Positions 10,306 to 20,833 of a stretch of 64,000 nucleotides of DNA are shown piece after piece. The position numbers were made by a program, and so were the translations under genes. This DNA comes from a virus (lineage: Duplodnaviria; Caudoviricetes), in the IMG/VR virus record IMGVR_UViG_3300010352_002815, positions 33,516-97,515 of that record. One strand, given 5' to 3'. How positions within the stretch are numbered: position 1 is the stretch's first letter; each line of letters opens with the position of its first letter. A model generated the notes under the pieces. That model searched no databases and was not told the DNA's origin. It saw nothing but the letters and a program-made list of their open reading frames with translations.

Positions 10306-11034
10306 TTATTCATTTATTAATATAATATCGCAACTAATTCCTTTCGTTGGACTAGCACCTTGCAAAATCAAGTCACAAACCAAGTTAGAATACCATCCTC
10401 TAACACATATGGACATTTCGTACCACGGAGGATGTACATCTGTCAACGTATCCATCCAACTAATTGGTTCGTCTGCTGGGAAGCCAAAATCGTATTGGAT
10501 AGCATGGATGTTTGGTGTCTCATCTAGTACTGAGAAGCAATATTCTATTTTGAAATCGTAGACCGCAGGATAAATCCAATGTTGGTCGGATGCCTTGGCT
10601 TGAAATGGTGGTAAATAATTGACGTGTCCGGAACCAGGCACTACCTTCATGAAGTCTGTTGGCCAATATAATCCGAGCCTCAATAACTCAATTTCAGTTT
10701 GTAAATCATAAAGCATTTGGTCAAGAATTTCTGGGGTGTCTTGGTCTGTTCCAGCTAGTAGGCTTTCAGCTAAAAGCGTTACACTAACAGATGCTTGTTG
10801 ATGCTGGCCTATCCATTCACGAGCGTCGCCATTATCACCTAAATAGTCTTTGTAAATCGGACCATGAGTGGTTGGTCGCATTCTAACGCCCTCAGAAATA
10901 ATATTAAGTCTCATCGATGGAAATGTAAAGTCATCATTTTCTAATCGATCTTTCCGAAGTTTTTTAACAACAAGATCTGCAAGATCGGTTGGAATTGCCT
11001 CAAGTAATCTTGCCCTTTGTGTTATCGAAAGCAT
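10306..11034 (-). CDS. Tail completion/terminator-like protein
   Basis: FTFPSMRLNII motif, C-terminal YDFKIEY; position upstream of sheath. Confidence 0.5.
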   Translation of the reverse strand: MLSITQRARLLEAIPTDLADLVVKKLRKDRLENDDFTFPSMRLNIISEGVRMRPTTHGPIYKDYLGDNGDAREWIGQHQQASVSVTLLAESLLAGTDQDTPEILDQMLYDLQTEIELLRLGLYWPTDFMKVVPGSGHVNYLPPFQAKASDQHWIYPAVYDFKIEYCFSVLDETPNIHAIQYDFGFPADEPISWMDTLTDVHPPWYEMSICVRGWYSNLVCDLILQGASPTKGISCDIILINE

Positions 11035-12707
11035 TACGGCACCACCCTTTGTGCTCGGCTATCATAAGGCTTATACGGTAAATCCAAGTACTCGATATCA
11101 AGTAACTGCGGAGTATAACGTTCTATTGATACAGTAATTTCTTCCAAGTGGTCATCAATTAATCGAATGTCAGCACTGTACGTTTTTTCAGGTGTATCAA
11201 ATAAACAGACATCATAGTAAGATAATTTTGTTAATGTCTTCTTATTAAGGATATCAGGTGTTATCGAAACAGGAACCCTTTCAGCGATTGCAACATAACT
11301 ATCCATTGATTCCGTAAAGGATTTTTGAAGCATTTGACTGACTAAATGGGTTTTAGTAACGGTCTTTTTCAAAAGAACATCATCTAGCAATGATTTTAAA
11401 ATAGTTTTTTTATTTAAAACATCGTTATCATATGTCTTGTATTTAGTGACTAAAGTACTATATAACATAGCTAATGGATTAGTTTTTCTAAATGATATTA
11501 ATAAGTCTTGATCCCAAGAAAGACCTCGAACCGTTTTATTTAAGTCTATTATCCATTTACCAGAATTGTGGCACGGAACACCAGACCAAACATACTTAGC
11601 AATATATTCTTCATCAAATACTTGCTGCCCTACTGGAGAATAAATTTCATCCAAGGGATCTCCTTCGTAGACTGTAACTGTAGACGTGTTAACATTTATC
11701 CAATTAAATCCGTTAATAGATGTTTTAAATATTGGAGTTCCGTCAGAATTAAAGTCACTTATAGTAGCAAGAAAATCAGTAGTTGATGTACCTACTTTTA
11801 AAACACTATAAGTATTTATTTTACCAATTTCTTCACCGTGATAGTTTAAGTCAAATAAAGTATTCCAAGTATTTAAATAACCACCATCATTATTAACAAT
11901 ATAACGCACTTTACCAGTATTTTGTATAAGTACTCTAGCAACTACGGTAAAATCATCGGGTTGTAAACCAGTATAGTCTACGATAGATAATTGTAAAATA
12001 CGTATATTGTTTCTTGGTAATGTCCACACAATACCAAATGCAGCAAATGTAGGATCACCTGCCCAGCCCCACGGCATGGTCCAAGTACTGCCTAAATTAT
12101 CTGATACTAATAAATAAGGTCCGCAACTTGCTACGACTCTAGAACCGTAACCACAAAGAGCTGGACTCGAATATCCGGTAAATGTTGTACGTTCAGAACC
12201 TCCGTGAAAACCTACCCAGGATATATTATGACAGTCTAAAACTTTTGACCAGGTTTCTGCCAAGTCATACGATCGCCAGATATAATTACCGTCATGGGCA
12301 AATAAAACATCATCATCAATGTTAATTACGGTCTTGCAACCTGGTGCGAAACTTGATATTTCACTCCACGTATAGCCGGAATCTTGCCAAGATTCGATCC
12401 AACCAGCTGAAGTGCTACCTATTACCCAACCAAAATCAATTAACGTTAGGGTATAAATAATGTTAGCAGTATTATAAACTTGGACCCAGGACTTTCCCAT
12501 ATTTTTGGTACGGTAAATCGAATACGTACCATTAGACATTTTACAAATACATACATGATACTGGCCATAAACGTGAACCGGTTGCTGTATTTCATCTATT
12601 GCTCCGGGAAATGGTTCAGACTTCCACCAATCCTGGAAATTAGTAGTGTCAAAAGTCCCTAATAGAAAGTTTTTACCTTCAACTACTGATAAAACAACTG
12701 GTTGCAT
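11034..12707 (-). CDS. Virion protein with BNR/Asp-box beta-propeller and C-terminal repeats
   Basis: Repeated S/T-x-D/N-x-G-x-T/S-W boxes (TKNMGKSW, DSGYTW, SYDLAETW, SDNLGSTW); K-T-Y-x-x-D-hydrophobic repeats. Confidence 0.65.
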   Translation of the reverse strand: MQPVVLSVVEGKNFLLGTFDTTNFQDWWKSEPFPGAIDEIQQPVHVYGQYHVCICKMSNGTYSIYRTKNMGKSWVQVYNTANIIYTLTLIDFGWVIGSTSAGWIESWQDSGYTWSEISSFAPGCKTVINIDDDVLFAHDGNYIWRSYDLAETWSKVLDCHNISWVGFHGGSERTTFTGYSSPALCGYGSRVVASCGPYLLVSDNLGSTWTMPWGWAGDPTFAAFGIVWTLPRNNIRILQLSIVDYTGLQPDDFTVVARVLIQNTGKVRYIVNNDGGYLNTWNTLFDLNYHGEEIGKINTYSVLKVGTSTTDFLATISDFNSDGTPIFKTSINGFNWINVNTSTVTVYEGDPLDEIYSPVGQQVFDEEYIAKYVWSGVPCHNSGKWIIDLNKTVRGLSWDQDLLISFRKTNPLAMLYSTLVTKYKTYDNDVLNKKTILKSLLDDVLLKKTVTKTHLVSQMLQKSFTESMDSYVAIAERVPVSITPDILNKKTLTKLSYYDVCLFDTPEKTYSADIRLIDDHLEEITVSIERYTPQLLDIEYLDLPYKPYDSRAQRVVP

Positions 12708-12709
12708 AT

Positions 12710-14014
12710 TCAGGCTCCCACTAAGGTCATTCGCATTGCTGCACGTTTTGGAAACGTTCTTTTATTTAAAATGTCTATATCTAACGACTTAGCAAATAAC
12801 ATGCTCAGGATGTCAAATTCAACAGAAGCTAACTTTTGAAACACTAAATTGGATTCAGTTCTATAAAATCGTCGTTTGGTTATTTTTGATATTTGGTCCA
12901 TTGTCCAAGTTTCGGTTAAGTCATTTTTGCTAAAGTAACCATCAACCATATATTGACTTAATATATTTAATTTTGACATAATAATATCGGATGGTAGTGT
13001 CTTTAATATGTGGCCAAATAGTCCGATTAACATAGTATAACTCTTTGCAAAAGCATTTCGTAAGTTGGCACTTACTAAATAATCTTTATTGAAATATTTT
13101 TCTGTTAAAATATCCATATCATAGCCAATGGTGTATTTAAAAATATTAATTAGATCGAATTCGTATGTTGCATCATTATTTCTGCGTCGCAATCCGTAAT
13201 ACATATTAAATGGTAGCCATATCGGACCATTCATTATAATGTCAGTAGTATAATCGACAAGGGGTAACATTAAATCGTATGAAACTCCAGCAGCTAACAT
13301 TTGGGGAATTAAAATATCTAGTGTAGTCTTTTTGGCAATTGCTATTCGTGTGTAATCATCAGTATTAAAAGATATTCTAACGCACGACGGATATTGGGTA
13401 TCTACGTCGGATGCATCTTCTTCACCAATAACATTATCAATGATCGATTCACAATTGGCTTTAGTGCCTGAACTATTTAGAATTTTTGTTCGAGTCTTTA
13501 GACGGTCACGATATTGAGTATCGTCTTCTGAAACCAAACGTGGCAGGTCGTATATCTGACCCCATGCATTATCTAAGTCGTCGTCTTGTGCATATTCTAA
13601 TTTAAGGGCATTTGCCATCGTATCCATTTGACGCCAAACTGCATCTAAAATTTCAGCATATGACCATACTAGAGCACTAATAACGGTCGTTGACGGTATC
13701 GTGGATTCGTAGGACGGTCGTAACACTAAGTCAAAATCTGCAACAGTTAACGTCTTTAGAATGCCAGTATTGATTTGGAACGTTTTGGATAAGTCTGATC
13801 GACCAATTCCTATAAGGCCTTCATACGTTTTTGGAACTAATTTCTTTAAAAGAACATCATGATTTCTATTAAGGGTATATCGGATTGCACCGCCTTCAAG
13901 TGGTTCTGATCCAGTAAAGATCACCCACATATCCATGTCGTAGGTCTTTGATAGTACCGAAAATGAGTCTCCAATTCCTGGAAGTTCTCCTATGGGGGTT
14001 TCTCCGATTAGCAT
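12710..14014 (-). CDS. Baseplate wedge (gpI-like) domain protein with repeats
   Basis: LDNAWGQIYDLPRLVSEDDTQYRDRLK and AAGV motifs. Confidence 0.6.
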   Translation of the reverse strand: MLIGETPIGELPGIGDSFSVLSKTYDMDMWVIFTGSEPLEGGAIRYTLNRNHDVLLKKLVPKTYEGLIGIGRSDLSKTFQINTGILKTLTVADFDLVLRPSYESTIPSTTVISALVWSYAEILDAVWRQMDTMANALKLEYAQDDDLDNAWGQIYDLPRLVSEDDTQYRDRLKTRTKILNSSGTKANCESIIDNVIGEEDASDVDTQYPSCVRISFNTDDYTRIAIAKKTTLDILIPQMLAAGVSYDLMLPLVDYTTDIIMNGPIWLPFNMYYGLRRRNNDATYEFDLINIFKYTIGYDMDILTEKYFNKDYLVSANLRNAFAKSYTMLIGLFGHILKTLPSDIIMSKLNILSQYMVDGYFSKNDLTETWTMDQISKITKRRFYRTESNLVFQKLASVEFDILSMLFAKSLDIDILNKRTFPKRAAMRMTLVGA

Positions 14015-14040
14015 TATTCACGTCCTGTATTAAAAAATTT

Positions 14041-14646
14041 TTATAAAGATTCGACGTCTATTTTATCTTTTCTAATAATTATCTTGAATTTGCCTACGAA
14101 TTCTATAACATAATCTGTATTTTCTATAATGTCTTGAATCCTTTCAAGATAAACGGTCCTATTTAAGCCATACGGAATTTCGCAGTATGGACAGTTGGTT
14201 TCACCGCGATTATTACGTTTGACGAGATTATTGTCTATGTTGCTTCGACCGCATCTTTTGCAAGTCCATTCATCTTTCTGGCCGCACTTAGGACATTCTG
14301 CCCATTTCGAGCTATCAATGTGCTTCCATTGGGCTCCACACGTCTTACAATAAAAGTGATTAGTTAATTGGATTTCGTTGTCCCAATAGGCTTTAACGTT
14401 ATCGGACGGTAGGACATTAAAATTCCAAGTCGGTAATGGTACCGCACAACCTGGAATTCCTTTGGATTGCATGGCTGCGGCAACTTCTTCGCTAAAAGGT
14501 GCTATAACCAATTTATGTATCTTAATGTTTTCGGTATGTGTCCAAAATTGTTGTGTGCCATCAGACGTAAATTGCGGTATAAAGTGTTCGCATCCGTCCT
14601 CATCTTTATAGATCTTGATCCACTGATATTCAATGATCGCGGACAT
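14041..14646 (-). CDS. Double zinc-ribbon protein
   Basis: Four CxxC motifs (CKTC, CPKC, CKRC, CPYC). Confidence 0.6.
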   Translation of the reverse strand: MSAIIEYQWIKIYKDEDGCEHFIPQFTSDGTQQFWTHTENIKIHKLVIAPFSEEVAAAMQSKGIPGCAVPLPTWNFNVLPSDNVKAYWDNEIQLTNHFYCKTCGAQWKHIDSSKWAECPKCGQKDEWTCKRCGRSNIDNNLVKRNNRGETNCPYCEIPYGLNRTVYLERIQDIIENTDYVIEFVGKFKIIIRKDKIDVESL

Positions 14647-15214
14647 TATCTACTGAACCTTCCCGAAATTCTTGTAGCCAATTAAGTGCTTTGCATATGT
14701 CTGCCATTGGATATTTCAAATCTTTGATGGCCTTACTAACTGCATAATCATAGAAGTACTGGTTTTCAGGTATCATCCTGGATATCTTTTCTTCTGAAAT
14801 TTGCCAAGGTTCGTTTGAATTGGTAAAATAGTAACGGACTGTTGAACTTAGGTCTAGTTCAGGTATAATAAATTCTTGACGACAGAATACACAATCTTTA
14901 TAGATTCGAAGTATCTTCGGACAATCTACGGTATTAAAAGCCCTGACATATACGTCAAAGTGAATTTGATCTTTATAAAGTTCTTCTAATAAGTCTCGAC
15001 GTATTTTGTCATTAATATATAGGGTTACTATTTCTAGGAGGCCGCAAAATTCGTCTTCGATTTGGTCTACTAAAAACTTTCGAACTGGTAGTAAGTAGCC
15101 TACTTCGGCTTCTGGAACTGCCACGATATCTTTATTATTGTTAGTTAGAAATTCTGGCACTATCTGGATTTTAATATCAGACGGCGACAATGTTACTATT
15201 TTGTTTTGTGTCAT
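14630..15214 (-). CDS. Divergent tail-tube paralogue
   Basis: Collinear motif similarity to 6753..7256 (see finding). Confidence 0.5.
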   Translation of the reverse strand: MTQNKIVTLSPSDIKIQIVPEFLTNNNKDIVAVPEAEVGYLLPVRKFLVDQIEDEFCGLLEIVTLYINDKIRRDLLEELYKDQIHFDVYVRAFNTVDCPKILRIYKDCVFCRQEFIIPELDLSSTVRYYFTNSNEPWQISEEKISRMIPENQYFYDYAVSKAIKDLKYPMADICKALNWLQEFREGSVDNVRDH

Positions 15215-16172
15215 ATTTTCTTTTATTCTCCTTGATTGTATTATATTCTTCTTTAGTATAATAAGATCTTCCGTTATATATTTCTAATATTATTCGGTGG
15301 ATCATAGCTTCCCAATTTTCTCTATCAAAGTTGGTCTTGCTATGACATCTATGACATAATGCTGCAAATTGAACTGGCTTACCATCACAACAAGCTTGCT
15401 TATTATATTCTACGTGATGTACGGATAACGCTTTTCCGTTTTCTGATTCTGATTTACCACATGTAACGCATTGAAAGTTAAAGTATGCTCGGACACGTTC
15501 TTTTAAGTCGTGGTTAAACTTTGGACAATATGGCTCAAAAGAAATACCACCTTTCCAATTATAATTTTTATTACCTAATTTACAAATACTTAACTTTTCT
15601 TTCACATCAGGATTTTCTTCGTAAAATTCTTTTAGTGATTTACTCTGTCGAGCAATTTGATCTTCGGAAAGTTTAACGCCAAATCTTGGATTTCCGGAGC
15701 CTGACATTCTTTCCGAAAGTTTTTGGCGTGTTTCAATTGTTGTAATATGACCAGAATTAGTTTCGGATAGTTTTTGACGGGTTTCTTTGGAATGATGTTT
15801 ACCAAATAATGGATGTCGATCTCCGGAAATTGTTTCTGATTGAGACCTTATTGGTATTCCAAACTTATGCAGGAAATTTGATACCGTTTCTTGTTGGCAT
15901 CCTAATTCTTTTCCTATTGTTGAAGCTGATTTAAATTGATTAATATATTGATCGTATAACCAATTATAATTATTTAATTTATTAAATACGTCAGGTGATA
16001 AGATACGTTCAGCACCGCACTTTAAATGAATATTATGCTTTTTAAGCCAATGCTGAATTGTGGATGCTCCACACCCGATTTCTTGTGCAATTTGATATGT
16101 TGATTTATTATTGGTTACGTATTGTTCATATAGCCATTCTTTGTCTTGACATTTTGTATTCTTTTCTGTCAT
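15177..16172 (-). CDS. Free-standing HNH homing endonuclease with HTH and NUMOD3 repeats
   Basis: Two WLYxQY..HTH units; GKHHSKETRQKLS; CVTC...VHHVEYNK...LCHRCH; own BRE-TATA promoter. Confidence 0.85.
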   Translation of the reverse strand: MTEKNTKCQDKEWLYEQYVTNNKSTYQIAQEIGCGASTIQHWLKKHNIHLKCGAERILSPDVFNKLNNYNWLYDQYINQFKSASTIGKELGCQQETVSNFLHKFGIPIRSQSETISGDRHPLFGKHHSKETRQKLSETNSGHITTIETRQKLSERMSGSGNPRFGVKLSEDQIARQSKSLKEFYEENPDVKEKLSICKLGNKNYNWKGGISFEPYCPKFNHDLKERVRAYFNFQCVTCGKSESENGKALSVHHVEYNKQACCDGKPVQFAALCHRCHSKTNFDRENWEAMIHRIILEIYNGRSYYTKEEYNTIKENKRKYDTKQNSNIVAV

Positions 16173-16197
16173 ACGAACTAATAGTAAAATTAACTAG

Positions 16198-16215
16198 TAT
16201 ATAAAGCTTTTGGTT
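16198..16215 (-). promoter_or_regulatory. BRE-TATA promoter of HNH gene (AACCAAAAGCTTTATATA)
   Basis: About 26 nt upstream of ATG 16172. Confidence 0.65.
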
Positions 16216-16324
16216 GAATATATTTCTTACTAAATCTTAATAAAATCAACTTTAAGTTAAATATACTAATTACAATTTTACTATTATGCAGTATGTTATA
16301 ATTTAAAACAAACGTTTAGTTAAT

Positions 16325-16909
16325 TTATATCTCATCATATCTGAACGTGAGAGTTTCTGCCGCCTTATCTCCTTGCGTTGCGTCAGTAGCTATCTTAACT
16401 TGGGTTACGACCAAATTACTGACATCCGCGGACGTATAAGCCGTGCTGTCAATAAGTAGTGTCGAACCACTTACATAAGTATCTGCATCCACCGGCACCG
16501 CATGATTACTGGTTCCGGACTTATAATAAGTATGACCATTCGTTACGTTGTCGATATCGTAACCGGTCGTGCCGGTAGTTCCTGCGGCTTGATCATAAGA
16601 TGCAACTGGACAGCCATTATCGCCGGTAGACTTTACACCGACAAATAATCCGCCATTTGTACCTAAGGCCCAGTTTGTTCGAACTGATCCGGACGTATAC
16701 CAACGAATATTACTGATCTGGGTAAAGTCTCCAGAAAAGGCAATATTATGGCTCTTCCAGAAGGAATAATTGAAGTCTGCTGTCGGTACGACGCAAGGAT
16801 TACTGAGTCCTGGATTGTATGAATCCATTGTGCAGTATCGGCCTTGCGTAATTACTGTAGCGGTTGGACCGCTACCATTATACTCGTTCACATTTACTGT
16901 GGCAACCAT
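16325..16909 (-). CDS. Virion structural protein
   Basis: Thr/Gly-rich beta protein ending FRYDEI, in structural operon; GAGGT RBS. Confidence 0.6.
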   Translation of the reverse strand: MVATVNVNEYNGSGPTATVITQGRYCTMDSYNPGLSNPCVVPTADFNYSFWKSHNIAFSGDFTQISNIRWYTSGSVRTNWALGTNGGLFVGVKSTGDNGCPVASYDQAAGTTGTTGYDIDNVTNGHTYYKSGTSNHAVPVDADTYVSGSTLLIDSTAYTSADVSNLVVTQVKIATDATQGDKAAETLTFRYDEI

Positions 16910-16947
16910 TTCTGTAAACCTCTTAATATATTAATAATTTTATATAA

Positions 16948-17649
16948 TTAAATAACTTCACTTATTTTAGAACCTATTGAATTTATTTTAATAGGTATAT
17001 TATTTTCTAAATCTTTCTCTAACATTTTTATATGATCATTAAAAATCAGTTTTAAATTTTTATCCGGATAATATGATTCAAAAGTTGTTATTTTTTCTAT
17101 GCTAGAATCATTTAAATAACCCTTAACTTCCCAAAATATCGTATCATTTATTAGAAAATCTGGTATGTAAAATTTATTACCCATTTCAAAATAATAAGGT
17201 TCGTATTCCCATTCCACATTTAATGTATCCAATATATGAGCTATTCTTACTTCATAGGACGAACGTAACCATATCATTTCGCCATTTAATCGTTGATACC
17301 ATTCTCCTCTACCAACCGGATGATCGCAAACTCCTTGCGCTATATGCAAATTATGTTCTTTGGTATGAGGTCCTGTTGCCAATCCTTTATTCCAAGCAAC
17401 TGTACCTTTTTTAGAATATGATATTTGTTGTTTGGCTTCTTCGGTATGATGATATCCTTTGAAAGTACTTGGTTTCCCTTTATGAGCAATAGAAAGTTTT
17501 TTCTTTTGTTCATCAGACATTGGTTTACCAAAGTTTGGATGAAGTTCTCCTTTTCGTCCGGTCATTGGATTATGAAATTTCCGGATTTCTTTCATTTTAA
17601 GGGATATTTTGAGTTTAGCTTCTTCTGTTTGTTTTGAACCTTTCTTTAT
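16948..17649 (-). CDS. NUMOD3 + PD-(D/E)XK homing-type endonuclease (probable ATA start)
   Basis: NUMOD3 repeats; LRSSYE, YIPDF, EVKG motifs; 18-codon extension behind AGGAGG. Confidence 0.8.
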   Translation of the reverse strand: MKKGSKQTEEAKLKISLKMKEIRKFHNPMTGRKGELHPNFGKPMSDEQKKKLSIAHKGKPSTFKGYHHTEEAKQQISYSKKGTVAWNKGLATGPHTKEHNLHIAQGVCDHPVGRGEWYQRLNGEMIWLRSSYEVRIAHILDTLNVEWEYEPYYFEMGNKFYIPDFLINDTIFWEVKGYLNDSSIEKITTFESYYPDKNLKLIFNDHIKMLEKDLENNIPIKINSIGSKISEVI

Positions 17650-17667
17650 GAAAGATTCCTCCTACTT

Positions 17668-18063
17668 TCATTTACTTAATTTATCTTTGGATATATCTGC
17701 CAGTCTATCTACTATTTCTGGCATTAATTCATTATCAAATATTTCATCATAAGTTGATCGTATAAACGACCTGCATGGAATTCCGGCTTCTTCTCGACCA
17801 TATTCATGCGAAACAGCGTATTCTGCTACGTCTTCTTCGAAAATGCCGGCCCAAATTTGAAGTAATTCTGGAATACTATCATCAATGGTATGACTAACAC
17901 TTGCTAACATTTGGCCGCTGTCAATTAAAGTATGAGATGAACCTTTTCGTTTGATAGTGGCTTCTTTGAGAGGCGGAGGAACATTACTTAGGATCTTTAA
18001 CCTTATGGCATTCTCGATCTTCATGCCAATGTCGTTGGAAAGTTCTAATAATGTTTCAGGCAT
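17668..18063 (-). CDS. Neck / virion morphogenesis protein
   Basis: PPLKEATIKRKGSSHTLIDSGQML, HEYG, IPCRSFIRST motifs. Confidence 0.8.
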   Translation of the reverse strand: MPETLLELSNDIGMKIENAIRLKILSNVPPPLKEATIKRKGSSHTLIDSGQMLASVSHTIDDSIPELLQIWAGIFEEDVAEYAVSHEYGREEAGIPCRSFIRSTYDEIFDNELMPEIVDRLADISKDKLSK

Positions 18064-18068
18064 TTATG

Positions 18069-19094
18069 TTACCACGCATTTAGTCCGATGATTTGTGGTC
18101 CGACACTAACATCTGCATATAAAGTATTTAATAATCTAGCAGCAATAATATATTTACTAGCAGGTATATGGGTTGCTGATCCTAATGTTCCGGAAATTGC
18201 ATGCGAATGAATGACAAGATTACATATAGCATCCTCTCCTGCAACTCCTCTTCCATATCCGGTATTATTATAAGAACTAGTATTTCCTGAAAATGTTTGA
18301 GTATGAGTATCTGATCCAGACAACGTAGGATCTGAATTTCCTGGTTTTAAGTTGCCTCCTGACCAAGTAGTCAAAACTTCCCAATTTGCGCTAGGAGTAC
18401 CATTTACAAAAGCAACTGTTCCTGAAACTGCTTTACTTGTTTGACATAATGTATAATATAATCGTGTTACTAAATTTGCTGGTTCAACGTATTTGGTTTG
18501 GGACGCAACGCTAATAGTATGTGTATGAGTAGCGGGAACTGCATATAAAATACTATTAGAATCACTTTTCCATCCATCAGTTCCAGACGAACCAGTAGTT
18601 CCTGATATCGTATGACCTTGCGCTGTATCGGTACCAAAAGAAGTACCGGGCTCTCCATGCACAATATATTTTCCGTCTGCACTAGTAAATCTTGATAATT
18701 CTGCATCTACTAATGAACCATTGGACATCAATACTGAACCTTCCGGAAAATATTTAATATTAGTTTCCCAATATGTTATTTCAGTATATATGATATCAAG
18801 ACCATATCCTAAAGGATTATTATTATTTGTTGATATTGTCCAAGATGATGGTTCTGCATGATTATGTATACCCATTCTCCAAGTACCAAACATATCCGTT
18901 GTTATATATCCTTGACTTCCGTTATCACAAGAAAAACCACTCACTGATGTATGTGTATGTGTAGTAGAACCTACATCTGTCCAATGATTAGAAGTATTAT
19001 TATTAAAACGTATATATTTATTAGTGCGGGTTAATCTCGTCCACGGACTAGGAGGATCTTCTACTTTCTTCCAGAAAATGTATAAATTTGTCAT
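18069..19094 (-). CDS. Tail fibre-like protein with H-x-H metal-binding repeats
   Basis: THTH, HNH, HSH motifs in three repeated units; Thr/Ser/Gly-rich. Confidence 0.6.
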   Translation of the reverse strand: MTNLYIFWKKVEDPPSPWTRLTRTNKYIRFNNNTSNHWTDVGSTTHTHTSVSGFSCDNGSQGYITTDMFGTWRMGIHNHAEPSSWTISTNNNNPLGYGLDIIYTEITYWETNIKYFPEGSVLMSNGSLVDAELSRFTSADGKYIVHGEPGTSFGTDTAQGHTISGTTGSSGTDGWKSDSNSILYAVPATHTHTISVASQTKYVEPANLVTRLYYTLCQTSKAVSGTVAFVNGTPSANWEVLTTWSGGNLKPGNSDPTLSGSDTHTQTFSGNTSSYNNTGYGRGVAGEDAICNLVIHSHAISGTLGSATHIPASKYIIAARLLNTLYADVSVGPQIIGLNAW

Positions 19095-20108
19095 TTAAGT
19101 AGCCTCTAATGTTAGGCTACAAACAATCTGGGTTGCTGCTGTAATGGAAGACAATTCAATCCGGAGTATGTTACCTAAAGCAACGGTTATATTTAGTCCT
19201 GTCTCTTCGTAATATGTAGCACTTGAAATTGTAAATGTGTCAGCAGCACTACCTTTTGCTGCTCCTATTGCATGATTATATAATGTGCAGGTTACCGAAC
19301 TACTTGTTAAACCAACTTCCCAAACACGGGCTGCAACAACTTTAGCTGCAATTGGAATACGATATTCTTGAGTACCACCTGTTATGACAGATGTACCGTT
19401 TCCAAATGGAAAAGCAACGTCAAAAGTTCGTGTCGACCAACCTGGGTTACTAGCACCTTGAATAATAGTTTGGCCTTGAGTACCGTTGGCAATATTAGCT
19501 ACGGCAACTTTAGCCGATCCATCTAACTGAAGTAAGCAATTTGCTGTAGTTCCTACTGAATAACCATCGGACAAGGTCTTGGCCGTAGCAGACCAATATG
19601 GCACCTTACCTGATGTGGTAGTAGTTGGCGATTCTACAACATACGGACCATACGTGGCAATATCATTGATACTAGCATTTAGAATGGTAGTTGCTCCAGC
19701 TGCTACGTAAACCAGCGCAATTATGACACCAGACGGTATTGACGTTCCCGGGGCCGGAGTAGCCATTTCTTTAAAGTCTGTCTTCGAACTCGGAGAAATA
19801 GCAGTTGGTGTTCCGGCATAAATTCCAAGAGCACCAGTAGCATCAATATAAATGACATCAAGCCTAGGAAGCGTTGCGTCTGCGGTTGCTACGGTTACAG
19901 TACCACCTGATACGGTTTTACGACCTAGACCAAATCCAGCTTGTACGTAACCAGCGTCAACTACCACTGACATTCCGGGCGTACCAGCTTGGTTACAATC
20001 ACAACCAGAAAGGACATAAAAACCTAAGCCTGCCCGACTTTGCGATAAAACATGCGCTGACGTAAATTGCTGGCCTTTAGCAGTTTGAACGGATCCAACA
20101 TTTGCCAT
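19095..20108 (-). CDS. Tail fibre/appendage protein
   Basis: PGMSVVVDAG...ADATLPRLDVI...IALVYVAAGATTI N-terminal domain. Confidence 0.6.
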   Translation of the reverse strand: MANVGSVQTAKGQQFTSAHVLSQSRAGLGFYVLSGCDCNQAGTPGMSVVVDAGYVQAGFGLGRKTVSGGTVTVATADATLPRLDVIYIDATGALGIYAGTPTAISPSSKTDFKEMATPAPGTSIPSGVIIALVYVAAGATTILNASINDIATYGPYVVESPTTTTSGKVPYWSATAKTLSDGYSVGTTANCLLQLDGSAKVAVANIANGTQGQTIIQGASNPGWSTRTFDVAFPFGNGTSVITGGTQEYRIPIAAKVVAARVWEVGLTSSSVTCTLYNHAIGAAKGSAADTFTISSATYYEETGLNITVALGNILRIELSSITAATQIVCSLTLEAT

Positions 20109-20145
20109 TTTTACTTACTTCTCCTTGAATGGGTTATAAAAATTT

Positions 20146-20724
20146 TTAAAGAGTATTTACATCAAAAGTTGCAATAGCGCCCTTAAGTACGCACGTGAGG
20201 TCAGCACTTCCGGCATCCTCAACCATCAAACGAGCATACAATTGTTCGCCATCGTCAATGAAGTCCTGTTCACCGGTTGGAATGGTTACAGTAAATGTAT
20301 GGGTTGCAGCAGTCAAACGTTTGGCCTTCGCATCGTATGATGTTCCATAGTCTGCTCCTGCATCGCCTGCCAATACTGATCCGACAGGAGTACTGGCATC
20401 AGCAGGTGTAGTAACCTGGATAATATTAATTTCGATATCGTCGTTAGAAGTTGAAATTGAGCCGCCTAACGTTAAAACCATCGTAACCGACTTTAGTTTC
20501 GCACCTTTGTCAGCGGTTGTTCTGAATGGCATTATAATAGGAATAGTATAATAGTCTTTTTGGGTTGCAGCAGTCCTAGTAACAAAATAAACGTTTGAAC
20601 TTTCAGTGACTGTCCATGTACCCGCGGAGTATACCGCTGGAGCCAATTGAAGCTGTACCTGATAGTCAGTTTTGGCTTCAGAAGCAGTGATAACTCCACC
20701 ATCGATTTCAAATGTACCTGTCAA
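20146..20724 (-). CDS. Putative virion structural protein
   Basis: Beta-rich; TTG start with GAGGT RBS right behind late-promoter motif. Confidence 0.55.
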   Translation of the reverse strand: MTGTFEIDGGVITASEAKTDYQVQLQLAPAVYSAGTWTVTESSNVYFVTRTAATQKDYYTIPIIMPFRTTADKGAKLKSVTMVLTLGGSISTSNDDIEINIIQVTTPADASTPVGSVLAGDAGADYGTSYDAKAKRLTAATHTFTVTIPTGEQDFIDDGEQLYARLMVEDAGSADLTCVLKGAIATFDVNTL

Positions 20725-20742
20725 AATAATTACCTCGAAATA

Positions 20743-20780
20743 TTATAATCAAATAATAGAAACTATTTAATATTTTACGA
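20743..20780 (-). promoter_or_regulatory. Putative viral late promoter, copy 2
   Basis: Nearly identical to copy 1; upstream of 20724. Confidence 0.75.
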
Positions 20781-20833
20781 CTAACCAAAAAATACTTATA
20801 GTCACCTCTTAAAAATCAAATAAAAAAAATAGT

